NCBI GenBank assembly: GCA_054600435.1
Contig: BAAIJX010000019.1
Location: 248,001 to 312,000, forward strand
DNA length: 64,000 bases
Direction: 5' to 3'
Source of the DNA: Neophaeotheca triangularis
Lineage: Eukaryota
The translations under genes were made by a program, and so were the position numbers. Position 1 is the first letter of the stretch, and every line of letters begins with the position of its first letter. The notes below the pieces were generated by a model. That model saw only the letters and a program-made list of their open reading frames with translations, was not told the origin of the DNA and did not search any database. Positions 59,738 to 64,000 of this stretch are shown one piece after another.

Positions 59738-59978
59738 GGCCGATGGTGTCCGATGAAGAAGTAGTCCAGCGATGGGATGGATTGCTGGGAGACGTTCGGA
59801 GGCCCGTTGTCCAGTGGTAGTTATGAAACGGAGACTGCCAGGCGCAAGGAGGTAGCTCCACGGGCGAATAGCATGGCTTAAGTAGGTAGACAAGCCGCGA
59901 CAAGCCCACCCAAGCCTTCGCTAGTAGCACCAAGCACTGCCTTGCCATGGGGGGAAAGTCTTCGCTTCCCATGCATCC

Positions 59979-60323
59979 ACCTTGATGGGTATTTGCCATC
60001 GACGTTAGGCACCTAGACACGAGGGCCCGATAGCCCCGATCAGTAATAATCTTTCCTTTTCCAAGTCAGGTACCTCACTATTCGCATGTCCTATTATCTT
60101 CTTCTAGCGGAACAGGACTGACTAGCAAGCATGCACCCGTCAACGCAACATGAGCTCAACGAACCGATCCAACGTCCAGGCATGCACAGGGCAAACTTCG
60201 GCGTCATTTGGCCTGCGAACTCTGAATGGTTCTGCCGGGTCTACCAACGATGCATGCCACCAAAATCCTACATTTACGGTGCACATTCGCTTGTAGAATT
60301 TTCCAGCTCGACTACCTTGATGG
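59979..60323 (-). promoter_or_regulatory. Two identical CCATCAAGGT elements, putative Zap1/ZafA zinc-response sites
   Basis: ACCTTGATGG at 59979-59988 and 60314-60323 (CAAGGT core on the minus strand), upstream of the ZIP transporter. A partial third copy lies near 60399. Confidence 0.6.
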
Positions 60324-60703
60324 ATGAAAAGCGGGACCGTTGTCTCCTGCCGGCCGCGTCTATCGGAAAAAGGGAGCGGCGGGCCCACGCTCGATTTCCT
60401 TGATGAGAATGCCGCTGGAGCTGTTTGACAGTGATCTTAGTGTTTGTGCTGTTGAATGGGGGCCAGCAGTCGCGTGGAAAACATGTGGACGAGAAGTCCA
60501 ATAATACTAATGTCTGCACGAGATTACCTTATTATTATTAACGTTAGTCCTGGTCGGCAACTTCGGCACTGGAACCATGTACTAGCAAACTTCGCAACGA
60601 TATCGAAACTTTACCCCTCTATATCATATACTGCTGCCTTGCGACAGGTCTACACTCGTTAAATTCGTATTTATTTCGATGGCGAGCACCTCCCACCCTA
60701 GAA

Positions 60704-61522
60704 TCAAAACTGCACCCCAGTGCAAAGCGCCCCATCGACAGTCATATTTGCGCCACTAACAAAACTCGCCCTCTCACTGGCCAAAAAGGCAACAACATCC
60801 GCAATCTCCTCCGCCTTACCCATCCTACCCATGGGATTCAACTGCATCTGCTTCTCGAAAAGCTGCGGGTGATCTCTCTCGATACCACCCCAGATTCCAT
60901 CCTCAATGTAAATATTCCCCGGTGACACTGTGTTTGCCCTGATACCCTTGGGCGCAAGCGTATGAGCGAGCTGAGCTATGTAATGGATTATAGCGGCCTT
61001 CATGGCGCCGTAGGGGCCCGGGGCCGTGAAGTCCACATCGCGGCCGCTGACGGAGGAGATGGCAATGATGTTGCCTTTGGATTTCTCTAGGTGCGGCTGC
61101 GCGGCTTGGATCATGGTGACTGTGCCCATCATGTCAATGTCGAAAGCGCTTTGCCAGGGGGATGGGGCACCGGGGGTGGAAATTGCTGACACGTTGGCGA
61201 TGATCACGTCGATGCTGCCGCTTTGGGTGGCGCTGTTTTCGACCCAAGTCGTGAGAGCGTCGGTCGAGGAGATGTCGACGCGGGCGCCGTAGGCTTTGGC
61301 CGAGGGGTACGCCGTGGCGAGGGATTTGTTGGCGGCTTGGATGTCGTCTTCATTACGAGAGCAGAAGTGGACGGTCGCGCCTTCGGAGAGGAAGGTCTTG
61401 ACCAACGTTCGACCGATGCCTTTGGTCCCGCCTGTAGAGGGTTAGTGCTGCTCGGTGTGGTTGTCCACGGGATGAAGCCTGCCTGTGATCAGGATCACTT
61501 TGTCCTTGAGATTGAGATGCAT
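60704..61522 (-). CDS. Classical short-chain dehydrogenase/reductase; GC-AG intron 61432-61482
   Basis: TGGTKGIG Rossmann motif (formed only after splicing), ISSVSG, YGAMK catalytic motif, IRANTVSPG and VDGAL. Confidence 0.92.
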
Positions 61523-62549
61523 GATGGGAGAAATTACGGGGGGAGGCCTCTTTTCGTCAAGAGCGTGTTGGATCAGTGAAGATTGCTAGACTCGGCGTGA
61601 GGAATGAAGACTCGCGCCGTGTCAATATAGCAAGGAATATGTACACAACAGGTATGATAACGTCTAGGTGTTTCTGAGTAACTCACGGTAGCAGCTACAT
61701 GTATCTGGGCCGAGGGAGTACCTCACGTAGGTAGGTGGTATCAAGCTGCCAGTTGACGTCATGAGGACATACCGAAGCTACCTTAGGTGGAATGGAGTCG
61801 AATTCAAGGACGATTTTCGAAGGCGTATGCCGGCTTGAAACGAGAGAATTTCAAAGAGCAATTCAGAGGGAAACCAAGCGGTGTTCCGTTCTCAAGATCC
61901 TACAAAGTACTAGAGAGTAACATTGGATTCTCTAGCCTCCGGGGGGCGAGGAGCGCTACTCTGCAGTTATTCTCTAGCCAAAGAGATAGTCTTCTGTGGC
62001 TCCGTCAGGCCCGCGAGTAAGGATGCGAAAGTGAAGCTTCAAAGTAGTGAAGCTGTAACGAGAGGATATCATAGCTGTGTAGCATCCGCCGCGCAACCTG
62101 ATGATGCCGTCCTCGCAGATCGTGCTGCACAATTGGTCCTTATGTCAAGGTTGGTGCGTGTCGCGGGGTGACATCTTGAATTTGCAATCATCAATACGTA
62201 AGAAAAGGCCGTCCGAAGACTAGGTAGATTCTGCATCGTTCGTTAGTGACGTTTCATATAGTCCTCATGCTTATCTCTTTCGAAGAATCTCGTCCGGCGT
62301 TCTCGCGAATTGTCGAGGGTAAAGGAGATAAAGAAAGCTAGAGCCTCAACTTACGATCCTGATGTCTTTAGTTGGGCGATGGCTATCATGCTAACGTGCC
62401 GTTTTCGTCTCTCAGGGGAGCCAGAAGGCTTTATGACGGCGACGATGACCTTCTATCATCGACGCACAGCTTTTATCATGCTTCCGGGAGCACTAGCAGA
62501 TCACTTTGCTCGGATGCGCCAATATTATCCTGTAGCTTCCTACTCGTGC

Positions 62550-62888
62550 TCAAATGTAGCGAAATATGTTGTTCCTTACGCTCCTCTTGCCCAGCCCAGA
62601 GACAGCCTGCCCATCCTCAAACTCAAGTCCTGCTTCGCCACCTTCTCCGGAAAGACCGGACATCTTCTGCTTGAGTTCTTCGTCTGCTTGAGCCATAGAC
62701 TTGCGGGGCTCCTTTTTCGGCTTTTCCTCTCCCTCGTTGCTTTCGTTGGCGTGCTGTTGCGGGTTGGCTGTCTTTTGCTCCTCTGTTTTGGAAGCTGCAG
62801 TCGAGTCTGTTGCAGCGGTACGAGAGGCTGCCAAGCGCGAGGCTACAACATTCGGTCGCATCACGTTACGAGCAACGGTGGAGGCCAT
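62550..62888 (-). CDS. Small conserved fungal hypothetical protein, probable mitochondrial presequence
   Basis: Arg/Ala/Ser-rich N-terminus. The C-terminal ADEELKQKMSGLSGEGGEAGLEFEDG...KRSVRNNIFRYI motif is one I recall from other ascomycetes. Confidence 0.75.
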   Translation of the reverse strand: MASTVARNVMRPNVVASRLAASRTAATDSTAASKTEEQKTANPQQHANESNEGEEKPKKEPRKSMAQADEELKQKMSGLSGEGGEAGLEFEDGQAVSGLGKRSVRNNIFRYI

Positions 62889-63116
62889 GATAATGAGGTC
62901 AGACCTTCGGGTTTGAGATAACCCAAGTAATGGTAGTGAAGAAGTTGTACCTGTTGTACATCAGCAAAGGCGAAGCATTAAGATGTTGAAGCTCTTATCG
63001 CCCAACATCACGTGTTGATAAGAGCCTGGCTTGGCATTAACTTTGTTACCTCGACTTTGAAGGCAAGCAGCTCCCTTCGGTTCAACGCGACGACATTTAA
63101 CTCTCGCACCACTTGA

Positions 63117-64000
<884 letters not shown>

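Overview
This is eukaryotic, intron-containing DNA from a filamentous ascomycete. A Dothideomycete of the Capnodiales/Mycosphaerellales type is my inference from gene content and the short GT-AG introns with CTAAC/CTGAC branch sites. The window is gene-dense, with about 25 protein genes. Core genes are UBA2 (partial), QNG1-like queuosine salvage, She4/UNC-45, ALG2, KCS1, TSC1, CCA1, TRS85, CHMP7, RAD18, ELC1, a ZIP zinc transporter and CEF1 (partial). Accessory genes include a GH28 endopolygalacturonase, a CBM18x2 plus lysozyme-like secreted protein, a stand-alone terpene cyclase, a DUF4188 protein, an F-box protein and an SDR. I found no rRNA, tRNA, CRISPR array or intact transposon. The most notable observations are: (1) CCA1 reads without a stop into a Tti2-like (TTT co-chaperone) domain, predicting one 1007-aa fusion protein; (2) the 258-nt last intron of the queuosine-salvage gene has competing folds and gates the conserved C-terminal PHHRTRS motif; (3) a diverged ~90-100 bp direct repeat flanks the polygalacturonase gene; (4) a splice donor overlaps the TSC1 stop codon and would add 147 aa; (5) a hairpin-dense, apparently spliced non-coding segment lies at ~35 kb; (6) a bacterial-looking SDR carries an obligatory GC-AG intron. 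All exon boundaries and family calls were made by eye and need HMM and RNA-seq confirmation.
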